From an uncultured Bacilli bacterium (GTDB lineage: Bacteria > Bacillota_I > Bacilli_A > RF39 > UBA660): DNA of 64,000 nt. This document shows positions 1 through 9,739 of this stretch, piece by piece (within the stretch, counting starts at the first letter, position 1; every line of letters starts with the position of its first letter). A model generated the notes under the pieces. It saw only the letters and a list, made by a program, of their open reading frames with translations. It was not told the DNA's origin and made no database searches. The stretch spans positions 4,118-68,117 of the forward strand of contig CANQFJ010000004.1 of assembly GCA_947598485.1 (NCBI GenBank), read 5' to 3'. Both the position numbers and the translations under genes were made by a program.

Positions 1-291
1 TTTTTTATAATCTTGATATTGATTCGGATCTTTTTGCTTTAGTTCCTTAAACCTTTGACGAAAAAACCTATTTACAAACTCTGAAATAACTATAGAGGGT
101 ACATATACTTCAGCCTTAACACTTACTGCCTTATTGTAATATTTAATTGCATCGCTTAATTTTGGATTATTACTTGCTTGATTAATAAAAACCTTATTGC
201 CAAATAATGCAAGTAAAACATTAGTATCAACAATATATGAATTATTCTTTTCAAATAAATGACTATTATCTATTATTTTATTACAAATCAC
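1..291 (-). CDS. PIN-domain nuclease-like protein, N-terminal part (3' end runs off the window)
   Basis: Own translation of the minus strand. GTG at 291 has AAGGA 8 nt upstream and overlaps the last codons of the upstream gene. Product VICNKIIDNSHLFEKNNSYIVDTNVLLALFG...VYVPSIVISEFVNRF stays open to position 1. YIVDTNVL and ISEF fit the first Asp and the Glu of a PIN fold. Not in the ORF track because it is incomplete. Confidence 0.5.
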   Translation of the reverse strand, partial: MICNKIIDNSHLFEKNNSYIVDTNVLLALFGNKVFINQASNNPKLSDAIKYYNKAVSVKAEVYVPSIVISEFVNRFFRQRFKELKQKDPNQYQDYKK

Positions 292-586
292 TGCTTAGTT
301 CCTTATTGTTGTAATTTTCTTTAACGCGATTAAACGTTTCTAAAATCAAATCATTGCAATTTACTAATGTGACAGACCAATCTCTATTTTCAATCTTTAA
401 ATTTTCATATAAAATATTACAAAAAGCAGTGTTGGCAGTATTAATACCCTTAAAATCTATTATTACATTTTTATTTTCGTGATTTTCAATAACATATTTT
501 GTTAGCATATTTGCATCCTCTGGAGTATGTGCATAATCTTTCTTTAATAAATCTTTAACTAAAACTTTAAAATTTTCTTTAGACAT
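281..586 (-). CDS. STAS-like protein (DUF4325-type, anti-sigma-antagonist-like fold)
   Basis: Likely start is the internal ATG at 586 (MSKENFKV), with AAAGGA upstream and just after the stop of the kinase gene. The pattern VIIDFKGINTANTAFCNILYENL ... ILETFNRVKENY resembles DUF4325/STAS-like proteins. Confidence 0.55.
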   Translation of the reverse strand: MSKENFKVLVKDLLKKDYAHTPEDANMLTKYVIENHENKNVIIDFKGINTANTAFCNILYENLKIENRDWSVTLVNCNDLILETFNRVKENYNNKELSSDL

Positions 587-599
587 CTTTTTTTCCTTT

Positions 600-1487
600 C
601 TAAATTTCAAATTTTCTAGTGGCTTTAGCAAATAACTGCATTTCGCCAATTTTCTCTAAATCTAATTCTACTAAAATCAAAGTACCATTAAACTTATTTT
701 TTAATTTATACATTCTCGTATTTTTAGGATTTATTTCATAATAGCCAAATCTTGAAAATATTTCAATTTTGCCATTATATTTTTTAATAAATTCACTAAT
801 ATCGTTTAATCCTAGTCCCCCTAATTTCTCCTTTGTTGTGTTTCCTTCAATAGTAGCCCACTTTATAGCCGCGCCATCATTTTCATGATAATAATCAAAT
901 TTGTCTTTTATTAGATGGTTTGCTATATTATATGGAATTGTTACGCCAAAATCAACTATTATGAATTTAAGCTTGCTTCCATTTTTATATATTTGCCCAC
1001 TACACCTAATATTATGCGTATTACCATGTGTTCTTGCATTAACAAATAACTCACTTAGATAAGAAGTTATTACACTTATAACATTGGCATTTTTGACTAT
1101 TTTCGGTAAAAATTCCTTTGCTAAATAGTCATCAAAGCAATCAATATTTCCTAAATCCAAATCTTCTTTAAAGTCTTTATATTGAATTAAAGTCTGATAT
1201 TTAGGAACTTTCGATTTATTTTCTTCATTCAAACTCATTACATAATCAACTTTGCTATTAGCATTTATACCATATACTTCAATACCTTTTTTTCGAGCCT
1301 CATCAATTAAATAATGATACAGACCATATAACTCCGAAGCAAAAAATCTCGTGTTTTGATAATTTAAATATACCTTTTTCTTGCCACTTTTTGTTATACC
1401 ATTAAATAAATCTATTAGGTAAATGATGTCATGAAATGAAGAATCAATAAATCCTGGCATTTTAATTTCAAACTCAGTTTCTATCAT
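600..1487 (-). CDS. GHKL-type ATPase / SpoIIAB-RsbW-like serine kinase with N-terminal extension
   Basis: N-box ELFVNARTHG, G1-like IIVDFGVTIP and G2-like LGGLGLNDI, followed by a GKIEIFS strand. This is the Bergerat-fold motif order. Confidence 0.6.
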   Translation of the reverse strand: MIETEFEIKMPGFIDSSFHDIIYLIDLFNGITKSGKKKVYLNYQNTRFFASELYGLYHYLIDEARKKGIEVYGINANSKVDYVMSLNEENKSKVPKYQTLIQYKDFKEDLDLGNIDCFDDYLAKEFLPKIVKNANVISVITSYLSELFVNARTHGNTHNIRCSGQIYKNGSKLKFIIVDFGVTIPYNIANHLIKDKFDYYHENDGAAIKWATIEGNTTKEKLGGLGLNDISEFIKKYNGKIEIFSRFGYYEINPKNTRMYKLKNKFNGTLILVELDLEKIGEMQLFAKATRKFEI

Positions 1488-1577
1488 AATCTTTATTATA
1501 TAAAATCAGAAATTTATCTTTTGCCTCCTTGAATAAGGATTATATAACATTTATCGGAATAATTAAATCATAATTTG

Positions 1578-3251
1578 TTATTTTACTTCAAAAACATTAT
1601 TAAGCATATCTACTAAAAGAATGTAACCGTTAGCATCAATGCCATAAACGTAAACATAATCATCGCCCATTCTTTCAATAATATTACTAGCTACCATTTT
1701 CCCTTGGCCAAATACAGATGCATAAGCAAGATATTTACCCCATTCCTTTTTACTAGGTAATTTATCTTCATAAGTAACAATATCTTCCATGAATAATCTT
1801 AAGGCTCGCCATCTATAATATAGTTCATTACCCTCTTTCGTCCTTCTGGTTGAAAATGATAAATAAACTAAAACTGAAAATGAGAAAATACATAATAACA
1901 TAATTAAATATAATGGTTTATAAAATACACCTAATAAAGACAAGAAAAATGGTGTTAAACAATACATAACCGTAAAGGTTGATGAAGCCCCCGTTTCATA
2001 AAATCTTTTTTTAATACCCGAATGGATTTCTTCATAACGCCAATTATTAAAGAAGCGGAAGAAAATCTTAAGGATTTTATTTTTCTTAAAAGCTTTATCA
2101 ATATCATATAATCTAATCTTACTTCCATCACCATAATTAATAACTAGAAAATCTCTTAAACTAATTTCACTATCGGTAAGAGGTTCTATTAAATCATGAT
2201 TATTAATGATTAATTCAAAATCATCATCGAGCATTTTAACTAAGAAACCCTTTTTATAGATAATATATAAAATAGTGGCTTTAAATGAATTAAGAGATAC
2301 ATTTCTATTAAACAAATACTCAATAGCCGCGGGCGAATCCTTTGATGGGAATTCGGTAAAATACTCATCATTAAAATCAGAACTAACCTCTTTATCACTA
2401 GCAAAATAATGTTTAAATACTAACACACCTAGACCTATCATATAAAAGGTTGCTAGTAAAGTGCCTGCGACTACAGTTAATATTTTAAATATATGCTTAC
2501 TATTTTCTTTATTTTGCTTTTCAATGCGTTTTTCTTCTAAACCTTTTTCCAGTTCTAAAATAGCTTCTTTGCGATCTATATCTTTACTTTTGGAAGTTAT
2601 GATACTTCCCTTGGGAGCCATTATGCGCAAATCGAGAGTCTCTTTGGCCGAAAAATTTTCTGCGGTAATTAGTAAATAGTTATCTATCATTTTATTTTCA
2701 AGCCATATAGGTCCATGCATCCAAGAAGAATACCCATTTTCATTATCTGGGTAATGGATTTTAATTTCAATTTTAGCAAAATTTTCTTCATTACTTTGAC
2801 TAAATAAAGTTATTAAAGCTTCACTTATATCATTAAAGTCTACAAAAGCATTTTTTAAAACATATTCCATATAAAAAGCACTTTTATTAGCATTTGTATT
2901 ATATAAAGTATAATCGACAGCATTAGTTTTATTTTTTTCAACATAAACTAAATTACTGCCCTCTTTAGCGCTATTTACTTTAGTAAAGCAAGAGCCAATA
3001 TTAGTTAAAGGATCATCTTTATCCGATTCACAGATCTTGGTAACAAAGATATTACTAGCGTTATAAATACTCTCATCATAGCCATAAATAAGCTGTCTTT
3101 GTAAATAATTATATGCTCCATCTTTAACCGTTGCTTCATGAACCTCAATATCCGAATTACTTTTAACATATATATCAGCATAATAAGAATCGGCATAAAC
3201 AACTCTAGGAAAAATAATTATAGCAAATAATAATAACCATTTTTTAATCAT
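1578..3251 (-). CDS. DUF2207-like membrane protein (LemA partner)
   Basis: Signal peptide, large extracytoplasmic N-domain, TM helices in the centre and C-terminal part. Overlaps the upstream LemA gene by 4 nt. The LemA-DUF2207 pairing is common. Confidence 0.55.
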   Translation of the reverse strand: MIKKWLLLFAIIIFPRVVYADSYYADIYVKSNSDIEVHEATVKDGAYNYLQRQLIYGYDESIYNASNIFVTKICESDKDDPLTNIGSCFTKVNSAKEGSNLVYVEKNKTNAVDYTLYNTNANKSAFYMEYVLKNAFVDFNDISEALITLFSQSNEENFAKIEIKIHYPDNENGYSSWMHGPIWLENKMIDNYLLITAENFSAKETLDLRIMAPKGSIITSKSKDIDRKEAILELEKGLEEKRIEKQNKENSKHIFKILTVVAGTLLATFYMIGLGVLVFKHYFASDKEVSSDFNDEYFTEFPSKDSPAAIEYLFNRNVSLNSFKATILYIIYKKGFLVKMLDDDFELIINNHDLIEPLTDSEISLRDFLVINYGDGSKIRLYDIDKAFKKNKILKIFFRFFNNWRYEEIHSGIKKRFYETGASSTFTVMYCLTPFFLSLLGVFYKPLYLIMLLCIFSFSVLVYLSFSTRRTKEGNELYYRWRALRLFMEDIVTYEDKLPSKKEWGKYLAYASVFGQGKMVASNIIERMGDDYVYVYGIDANGYILLVDMLNNVFEVK

Positions 3252-3802
3252 AAACTATCAATCTCCTCTTTATTATTTGATATATTAACTTCATAATAAA
3301 TATCTGGTTTAAAATGGCCTAATAAAGCAATTATCTTGGATGGTCCTTTTAGAACCTTATCATTATATTTCTTTACTTTTAAATTATAATTTTGTCTTAA
3401 AGAAGATATTTGCTCAGTTAAAACATGGAATTTAAAGTTTATTTTTTCACTATCTTGTAATTCAACATTTTTCTCTTGATAAATCGTAAATAAATCATTA
3501 ATAACATTATTCAAAATAACATCGGATGCAATTTTATCAGCTTTATTTTTAGCACTTTTATAATAACTTATCGTATCAGCCGCTTTTTGTAAAGTCGCTT
3601 TTTGATCAAAAGCAATTCTCTGAAGTAAAATAATATATCTCGGTAATAAATTAAATCTTTCTTTTAATGAAGCATCTAATTCATGCCAAGCTTTTCTAAT
3701 ATCAATTTTGGCCTTAACTATTTTTTTATAGGTTAAGATACTATAAATTATAGCAAATATAACTAGCCCGATTATAATGATAATTGCTATCATACTAGAC
3801 AC
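3248..3802 (-). CDS. lemA: LemA family protein
   Basis: N-terminal TM followed by KAWHELDASLKERFNLLPRYI and helical repeats typical of LemA. Confidence 0.75.
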   Translation of the reverse strand: MSSMIAIIIIIGLVIFAIIYSILTYKKIVKAKIDIRKAWHELDASLKERFNLLPRYIILLQRIAFDQKATLQKAADTISYYKSAKNKADKIASDVILNNVINDLFTIYQEKNVELQDSEKINFKFHVLTEQISSLRQNYNLKVKKYNDKVLKGPSKIIALLGHFKPDIYYEVNISNNKEEIDSL

Positions 3803-3902
3803 TCCCTATCATAGATAATAGTACCAAAAAATAAGACTCATGTAAATAATTAACTATTAAATAAAATGGTAATATGGTAAAATATTACCGAGGTTTTAGA
3901 TT

Positions 3903-4199
3903 ATGAAAATTAAATATTTACGCCTTTCTAAAGAAGAAAGAAAAAAGGTAAAAAAAGAATATTTTGCCTCTCCTAAAGGAAAGGCTTTAAAAAGCAAACT
4001 ACGCATGGTAAATATATCGGCATTAGGATTATTCTTATGCAGTATCTTTATTGCAAGCGAAACATTTATTAATAAAAGCAGTTATTGGAATTATATCTAT
4101 AGTAGCTGCCTTGTCATAATAGCTATAGCTTTTTTAGTTATATCCTATAATCTTCGTCTTAAGAGAATCAATAACTATGTTATTGAAAAAAGAAAATAA
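3903..4199 (+). CDS. small two-TM membrane protein, unknown function
   Basis: 98-aa ORF in an otherwise non-coding gap, one of the few plus-strand ORFs. Lys-rich N-terminus followed by two hydrophobic helices. Confidence 0.35.
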   Translation: MKIKYLRLSKEERKKVKKEYFASPKGKALKSKLRMVNISALGLFLCSIFIASETFINKSSYWNYIYSSCLVIIAIAFLVISYNLRLKRINNYVIEKRK

Positions 4200-4200
4200 G

Positions 4201-4875
4201 CTAAGACATTTTTTGTAGTATGTATCTAATAATTATTAAAAATATAACAAAAACACCTATAAACATAGGAAAAGCATAATACCATTTAAGATATAAATGA
4301 TTAAAATTTAAATTATAAATAAACAAGTATTTTAATACTTTATTATTAAGTAAAACATTTTCACTATAGCTTATAAATGTATATAAGAAAAAAGTTAGCA
4401 TTAAACTATGACTAGCTTTTTTGGTAGTGAGCAAACAAAGTAATAAAATTAAATTATAAATAATTAATAAGGGCATTATCTTAATAATGTTTATAATAAT
4501 ATCAAAAGATAGATTAACCTTAAAATGCCATAATATAGATATAATATATGAACTTATAAAAGAGATAATAATCATTAAAATTAAATAGCCAAGCCATGTA
4601 ACTAAATAAGTGATAAACATAGAGTCTTTTTTATATTCATAATATAGATGATGATTTAAATCTTCACTATATAGGGCTATTAAAAAGGAAAAACTAATAA
4701 CTAAAAATATTAAAAGATATTCTTCGCCAAAATGATTATATAAATCATTAGGTAAATAATTATTTACTTTATAAACATAATTACCAAAAATAGTATATAA
4801 AATAATTAGGGCTAAGTGAATAATAAATATTTTCTTTTTCCTAATTCGATAAAATACCGCCTTAAAATAATTCAT
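4201..4875 (-). CDS. ABC transporter permease-like polytopic membrane protein
   Basis: About 6 hydrophobic helices. The start overlaps the stop of the upstream ATP-binding subunit by 4 nt. Confidence 0.5.
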   Translation of the reverse strand: MNYFKAVFYRIRKKKIFIIHLALIILYTIFGNYVYKVNNYLPNDLYNHFGEEYLLIFLVISFSFLIALYSEDLNHHLYYEYKKDSMFITYLVTWLGYLILMIIISFISSYIISILWHFKVNLSFDIIINIIKIMPLLIIYNLILLLCLLTTKKASHSLMLTFFLYTFISYSENVLLNNKVLKYLFIYNLNFNHLYLKWYYAFPMFIGVFVIFLIIIRYILQKMS

Positions 4876-5513
4876 ATGTTCTTCCTAAATAAAGATGCTA
4901 ATGAGGATATATTATTTTTATCATACATATAAACATCTTTATTTTCTATTAAAATAATATAATCATAAATATCACTTAAACCTGAAAGAATATGGCTAGA
5001 TATAATCACCAGTTTGCCTTGTTTTTTTAACTCCTTAATTAAGTTATTAAAATTATCACATTCCTTAGGATCTAACCCATTATAGGGTTCATCAAAAATA
5101 TATAGATAACAATCTTGCAAAAGGCATTTAGCAATTAATACCTTTTGTTTAGTACCTTTAGAAAGCTTTTTTATTTTAACAGACTTATAATCTAAAATAT
5201 GGCATTTACTTAAAATAGCCTCTATATTTTTAACATTTATTTTCTTAAGCAAGGCAAAATAATATAAGTTTTCATAAACAGTTAAATTATCATATAAAGC
5301 ATCATCATTTAATACAAAACTACAGCTCTTAAGATAATCATTATCAATACCATCACTTTGTAAAATATTTAGTAATAACTTTAAAAAAGTCGTTTTTCCT
5401 ACCCCGTTTTCTCCTACTAAAGCATATACACCTTCTTTAGCAAGTTCAATATTAATATTATTTAATATTTGCTTTTTTCCATAATAAAAAGATAAATTTC
5501 GACAAGAAATCAT
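4872..5513 (-). CDS. ABC transporter ATP-binding protein
   Basis: Walker A GENGVGKTT, signature LSKGTKQKV, Walker B LYIFDEP, H-loop SSHIL. Confidence 0.85.
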   Translation of the reverse strand: MISCRNLSFYYGKKQILNNINIELAKEGVYALVGENGVGKTTFLKLLLNILQSDGIDNDYLKSCSFVLNDDALYDNLTVYENLYYFALLKKINVKNIEAILSKCHILDYKSVKIKKLSKGTKQKVLIAKCLLQDCYLYIFDEPYNGLDPKECDNFNNLIKELKKQGKLVIISSHILSGLSDIYDYIILIENKDVYMYDKNNISSLASLFRKNI

Positions 5514-5569
5514 AGTTTTCCTTTCTTAGCAATTTATCTTTTCTAATTATATATATTACCTAAATATTT

Positions 5570-8119
5570 TTAATTTCCTTTATTTTTTTCATTATATTGC
5601 ATTTTTAATTCATATAATCTATTTAAAGCTTCAATAGGAGTCATATTATTAGGGTCTATATCTTTTAATATATCGTCGTTTTCTTTATCCTTAGGTTCAT
5701 CAAAACTCATTGTAAGTTGCACTTGAGATATTTTCTTTTTATCTTGCGTGCTTTCATAACCTTTTAATATTTCTTCGGCTCTTTTAATTAATACTTCAGG
5801 CATATTAGCTAAAGCCGCGACATGTATGCCATAGCTTCGATCAATTGAACCACTTTTTACCTTGTGTTGAAATATTAATTTACCATTATCTAGAGTTGCT
5901 GAAACATGAACATTTTTTATCGAAGGAAATTTTTGCTCTAAACTTGTAAGTTCATGATAATGAGTAGAAAATAACGTTTTACATTTAATATTGGTATTAA
6001 TATACTCTAATATAGCTTGAGCAATACTTATACCATCATAGGTAGCGGTTCCTCTTCCTAGTTCATCAAATAATATTAAACTATCTTTACTAGCTCCCAT
6101 GATAGCATTATTGGCTTCCATCATCTCAACCATAAAAGTACTTTGCCCTCCGACTAAATCATCACTAGCTCCAATCCGAGTAAATATTTTATCAATAATT
6201 GGCAAATCAGCTTCTTTGCACGGAACAAAAGAGCCAATTTGCGCCATAATAATAGTTATAGCTATTTGTCTCATATAAGTAGATTTACCACTCATATTTG
6301 GTCCCGTGATTAAAAGCGTAGATGTATCTTCATCCATTATACAATCGTTTTCCACATACTTATCATTAGATACTTTTTGCACAATGGGATGACGACCCGC
6401 AATAATTTTTAACCTATGTTCATTATTAAGTTTTGGTCTTACTAAATTATACTCATCAGTAATTAAGGAAAAGGCCGTCATAATATCTATTTCACTAATA
6501 ACATTTGCAGTATTTCTGATTTTCAAAATATCTTTTTTAATAAAATCCTTAACTTTAATAAATATTTGATATTCAAGATCAATAATTCTTTCTTCCGCAT
6601 TTAATATTAAAGACTCTTTTTCTTTTAATTCGGGAGAAATAAATCTTTCACAATTAACTAAAGTTTGTCTTCTTTCCCAACCAAACTCTTCTTTTACTTC
6701 ATTTACTTGTCCCTTAGATATTTCAATATAATAACCGAATACTTTATTAAAACCTATTTTTAAGTTTTTAATACCCGTTTGCTTTTTAACTTTATCTTCA
6801 AAAGAAGCAATAAACTCTTTTCCACCACTACGAATAGACTTTAGCTCATCCAAATTAGCATCATACCCAGGCTTAATGATACCTCCTTCTTTAACACTAA
6901 CAGGAGGATCATCACTAATAGCCTTTTCTAAAAGATCAACAATGTCATCAAAAGTATCTATTTCATATTTAAAGCCTAATTTTTGGATTATTTCCTTAAT
7001 ATTTGGTAATGGTTTTAAACTTTTTTTTAGTTGTAACATATCCCTAGCATTAAATGATCCGTTTGTAAGTTTACCAGTTAATCTTTCAATATCATATACT
7101 TCATCTAAGAGATTTCTTAATTCATCCTTTAAAATAAACTCTTCATTAAGTTTTTCAATCATATCATATCTTTTATTAAGCTTTTCATAATCCTTAATAG
7201 GATTAACAACCCATCTTTTAAGAAGTCTAGATCCCATAGCAGTTTTACATTTATCTATAAGCCATATTAAAGAATATTCTCTTTCTTTATTACGAATAGT
7301 TTCCGTTAATTCAAGATTACGAATCGTATGGATATCCATTTGTAGATAATCCTGTTTATTGATTATTTCAATAGGCATAATACCTGTTAAATCTTTAAAT
7401 TGTTTAGTTTCCAAGAAATAAAATAAGTGTTTAGTACCAATTTTGGCCCTTACATCAACATCCTTAGCAAATAAGCTTTGGTTAATATCATTTTTTTCAC
7501 CTGAAACAATATCTATTTGGACATTACATTGATCTTTTAATTTATTTATTAAAGCAAATTCTGTATTATCTTTAAAAACTAATTCTTTAACTCCATAATG
7601 AAGAATCTCATCAATTAGCTTTTTTTCATCCTTATCTAAAAAGATACCCAATAGTTTACCAGTAGATATATCTAGTAACGTTAAAACATATACATCCGGA
7701 TATATCAAAAGACTACCAATATATGAAGCACTATATTTATCAAGCAGTTCAAGATCCGCAACTGTTCCCTTACTTATAACATCTATAACGCCTCTTTTAA
7801 CCATTCCTTTAGTATCTTTAGGATCTTCAAGTTGTTCACAAATAGCTACTTTATAACCTTTACTTATAAGTTTTTCTAAATATGGTTTAACAGCGTGAAA
7901 AGGAACACCACACATCGGCACTCTTTCATCTAGCCCTGCTACCTTGCCCGTTAAAGTAAGCTCTAGTTCTTTCGAGGCTAATAATGCATCATCAAAGAAA
8001 AGCTCATAAAAATCCCCTATACGATAAAAAAGAAGCTCTTCTTGATACTGATCTTTAATCTCCATGTATTGCACCATCATTGGGCTTAATTTATTTTTAT
8101 CAACTTCGCTTCTTTTCAT
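5570..8119 (-). CDS. mutS: DNA mismatch repair protein MutS
   Basis: 849 aa. N-terminus LSPMMVQYMEIKDQY..LLFYRIGDFYELF, Walker A GPNMSGKSTYMRQ, STFMVEM and DELGRGT motifs. Confidence 0.95.
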   Translation of the reverse strand: MKRSEVDKNKLSPMMVQYMEIKDQYQEELLFYRIGDFYELFFDDALLASKELELTLTGKVAGLDERVPMCGVPFHAVKPYLEKLISKGYKVAICEQLEDPKDTKGMVKRGVIDVISKGTVADLELLDKYSASYIGSLLIYPDVYVLTLLDISTGKLLGIFLDKDEKKLIDEILHYGVKELVFKDNTEFALINKLKDQCNVQIDIVSGEKNDINQSLFAKDVDVRAKIGTKHLFYFLETKQFKDLTGIMPIEIINKQDYLQMDIHTIRNLELTETIRNKEREYSLIWLIDKCKTAMGSRLLKRWVVNPIKDYEKLNKRYDMIEKLNEEFILKDELRNLLDEVYDIERLTGKLTNGSFNARDMLQLKKSLKPLPNIKEIIQKLGFKYEIDTFDDIVDLLEKAISDDPPVSVKEGGIIKPGYDANLDELKSIRSGGKEFIASFEDKVKKQTGIKNLKIGFNKVFGYYIEISKGQVNEVKEEFGWERRQTLVNCERFISPELKEKESLILNAEERIIDLEYQIFIKVKDFIKKDILKIRNTANVISEIDIMTAFSLITDEYNLVRPKLNNEHRLKIIAGRHPIVQKVSNDKYVENDCIMDEDTSTLLITGPNMSGKSTYMRQIAITIIMAQIGSFVPCKEADLPIIDKIFTRIGASDDLVGGQSTFMVEMMEANNAIMGASKDSLILFDELGRGTATYDGISIAQAILEYINTNIKCKTLFSTHYHELTSLEQKFPSIKNVHVSATLDNGKLIFQHKVKSGSIDRSYGIHVAALANMPEVLIKRAEEILKGYESTQDKKKISQVQLTMSFDEPKDKENDDILKDIDPNNMTPIEALNRLYELKMQYNEKNKGN

Positions 8120-8198
8120 TTAACCACCTGATATTTCTCCATCATCAGGTTCTATTTTAACATTTATTTTTTGTTTTTTAAAGTTTTATTTACCCCAT

Positions 8199-8642
8199 TT
8201 ATGCGGAAAACTTATATAAAGGATAAATGGTACGAACTAGTGAAAAATAGCCTTCATTTAACTCTTTATGTTCCTTAAGTCTTAATATTTCAATATAAAA
8301 AGATAATAACTCAATAAAATATCCTAAAGAAATATCATTAAATTTTTGCTCGGTTATTCTTTTATCAAAAGATACGCCAAATTTCATATCCACAATTATT
8401 TCTCCTGCTAATAAAGAGCAGTACACTTTAGCATGAATATAACGAATAAAAAAGGACATATATGGCTTTATTGCTTCTATACATTCTTGAGCCTTTTTAT
8501 CTCTAAGTTCAAGAACATTATAAAGAGCAAACGCTATATCCATCGTGGCAGTTTTATCATCTTTATTATCACTAACTAATTCATACGCTTTTCTAAATAT
8601 TCTTTCAAGATATTCATCTATAAATTCCAATTTTTCTTCCAT
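8199..8642 (-). CDS. hypothetical helical protein
   Basis: 147-aa ORF in the same orientation as its neighbours. No recognisable motif. Confidence 0.35.
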   Translation of the reverse strand: MEEKLEFIDEYLERIFRKAYELVSDNKDDKTATMDIAFALYNVLELRDKKAQECIEAIKPYMSFFIRYIHAKVYCSLLAGEIIVDMKFGVSFDKRITEQKFNDISLGYFIELLSFYIEILRLKEHKELNEGYFSLVRTIYPLYKFSA

Positions 8643-8660
8643 AATCCCCCATTTTAATAA

Positions 8661-9698
8661 TTAACTCTCTAAATACTTAACAGCATCAGCAAAAGTATTT
8701 ACTTTAACTAAATCAAAAGATAACTCATATTTCTTATATACTTCTTTGGCCTCTTCATAGTTGCCCTCGGGTACAAAGAAAATATCCGCATCATCTTTAG
8801 CAGCTCCTAACATCTTATATTTAACGCCACCTATTTCGCCAACTGTACCATCACTTTCAATAGTACCTGTACCCATAATAGTACGACCTTTAGCTAAGTC
8901 CCCTTTAGTAATACTATCATATATGGCTAGTGTTAGCATTAGTCCTCCACTTGGGCCAGCTTCGGAATCTTTAGTTTCAATATTAACATCGACATCGGAT
9001 TTTATATCAAAACTAGTTAATAAGCTAACGCCAATAACTTTCTTATCATCTAACATCATACTCGTGGCCGTTCTGCTCTTTATATTACCATCTTTATCTT
9101 TAACTTTAAAGATAAATTTATGTCCGGTAGCAAAAGAATTAATATAAGCCTGTAGCTCATCAAGCTCAGTAAATTCAATATCATCATAAGATATAATTTC
9201 GTCTAAAACTTCTAAAGTAGTATTAGCCTTTTCATCAATATAGTAAATACTACATTTTTTATTATCTATTTCATATTCAATTCCCGCGTTTGTAAAGGCA
9301 ACCTCTTTAGCAAGATTAAGGGAATTTTTAAGTTCTAATTTTTCAATATTTAAAGTTTCTTCATACGAAGTATTAGGCACAACTATTTTATCTTCTTTAA
9401 CAATATCCCAATCACTTCGAAATAAAGATATTAAAAGCATTGGCAGTTTACCTTTCATAACTGTTACATAATTCATTGAGTAACTGCCTGTATAATTATA
9501 ACTATCTGAAGAAGTTATTCTATCATTTAGATTAATAGATCCTCCTGTTGAATAAATATAGTAAGGAAATTCATAAAAGGCACAAAAAGCACAAAAAGCT
9601 AGGAAAACAACATCTAAGATAAGCGTTTTTAAAAAACTAATAATGGCACTTCTTTTTAAAGCTTTTTTATCATATTCTTTCATAGGAGTTTCTTGCAT
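8661..9698 (-). CDS. YlbL/SepM-type PDZ plus Lon-like (S16) serine protease
   Basis: N-terminal TM and a central PDZ-like region. C-terminal GPSGGLMLTLAIYD ... GTGTIESDGTVGEIGGVKYKMLGA matches the Lon C-terminal protease domain. Confidence 0.8.
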   Translation of the reverse strand: MQETPMKEYDKKALKRSAIISFLKTLILDVVFLAFCAFCAFYEFPYYIYSTGGSINLNDRITSSDSYNYTGSYSMNYVTVMKGKLPMLLISLFRSDWDIVKEDKIVVPNTSYEETLNIEKLELKNSLNLAKEVAFTNAGIEYEIDNKKCSIYYIDEKANTTLEVLDEIISYDDIEFTELDELQAYINSFATGHKFIFKVKDKDGNIKSRTATSMMLDDKKVIGVSLLTSFDIKSDVDVNIETKDSEAGPSGGLMLTLAIYDSITKGDLAKGRTIMGTGTIESDGTVGEIGGVKYKMLGAAKDDADIFFVPEGNYEEAKEVYKKYELSFDLVKVNTFADAVKYLES

Positions 9699-9739
9699 AT
9701 TATCACCTCTTTAAATTATAACACTAAAGGAAGATATTT

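Noticed and set aside
587-649. N-terminal extensions of several track ORFs: 122-aa ORF start 649, trmD 32578, rimM 33089, xer 52384, pilin-like 11150 and 12144, yrrN-like 54984.
   Set aside because: The extended starts overlap upstream genes or terminator hairpins and lack an RBS. Internal ATGs with a proper RBS and family-typical N-termini were preferred.
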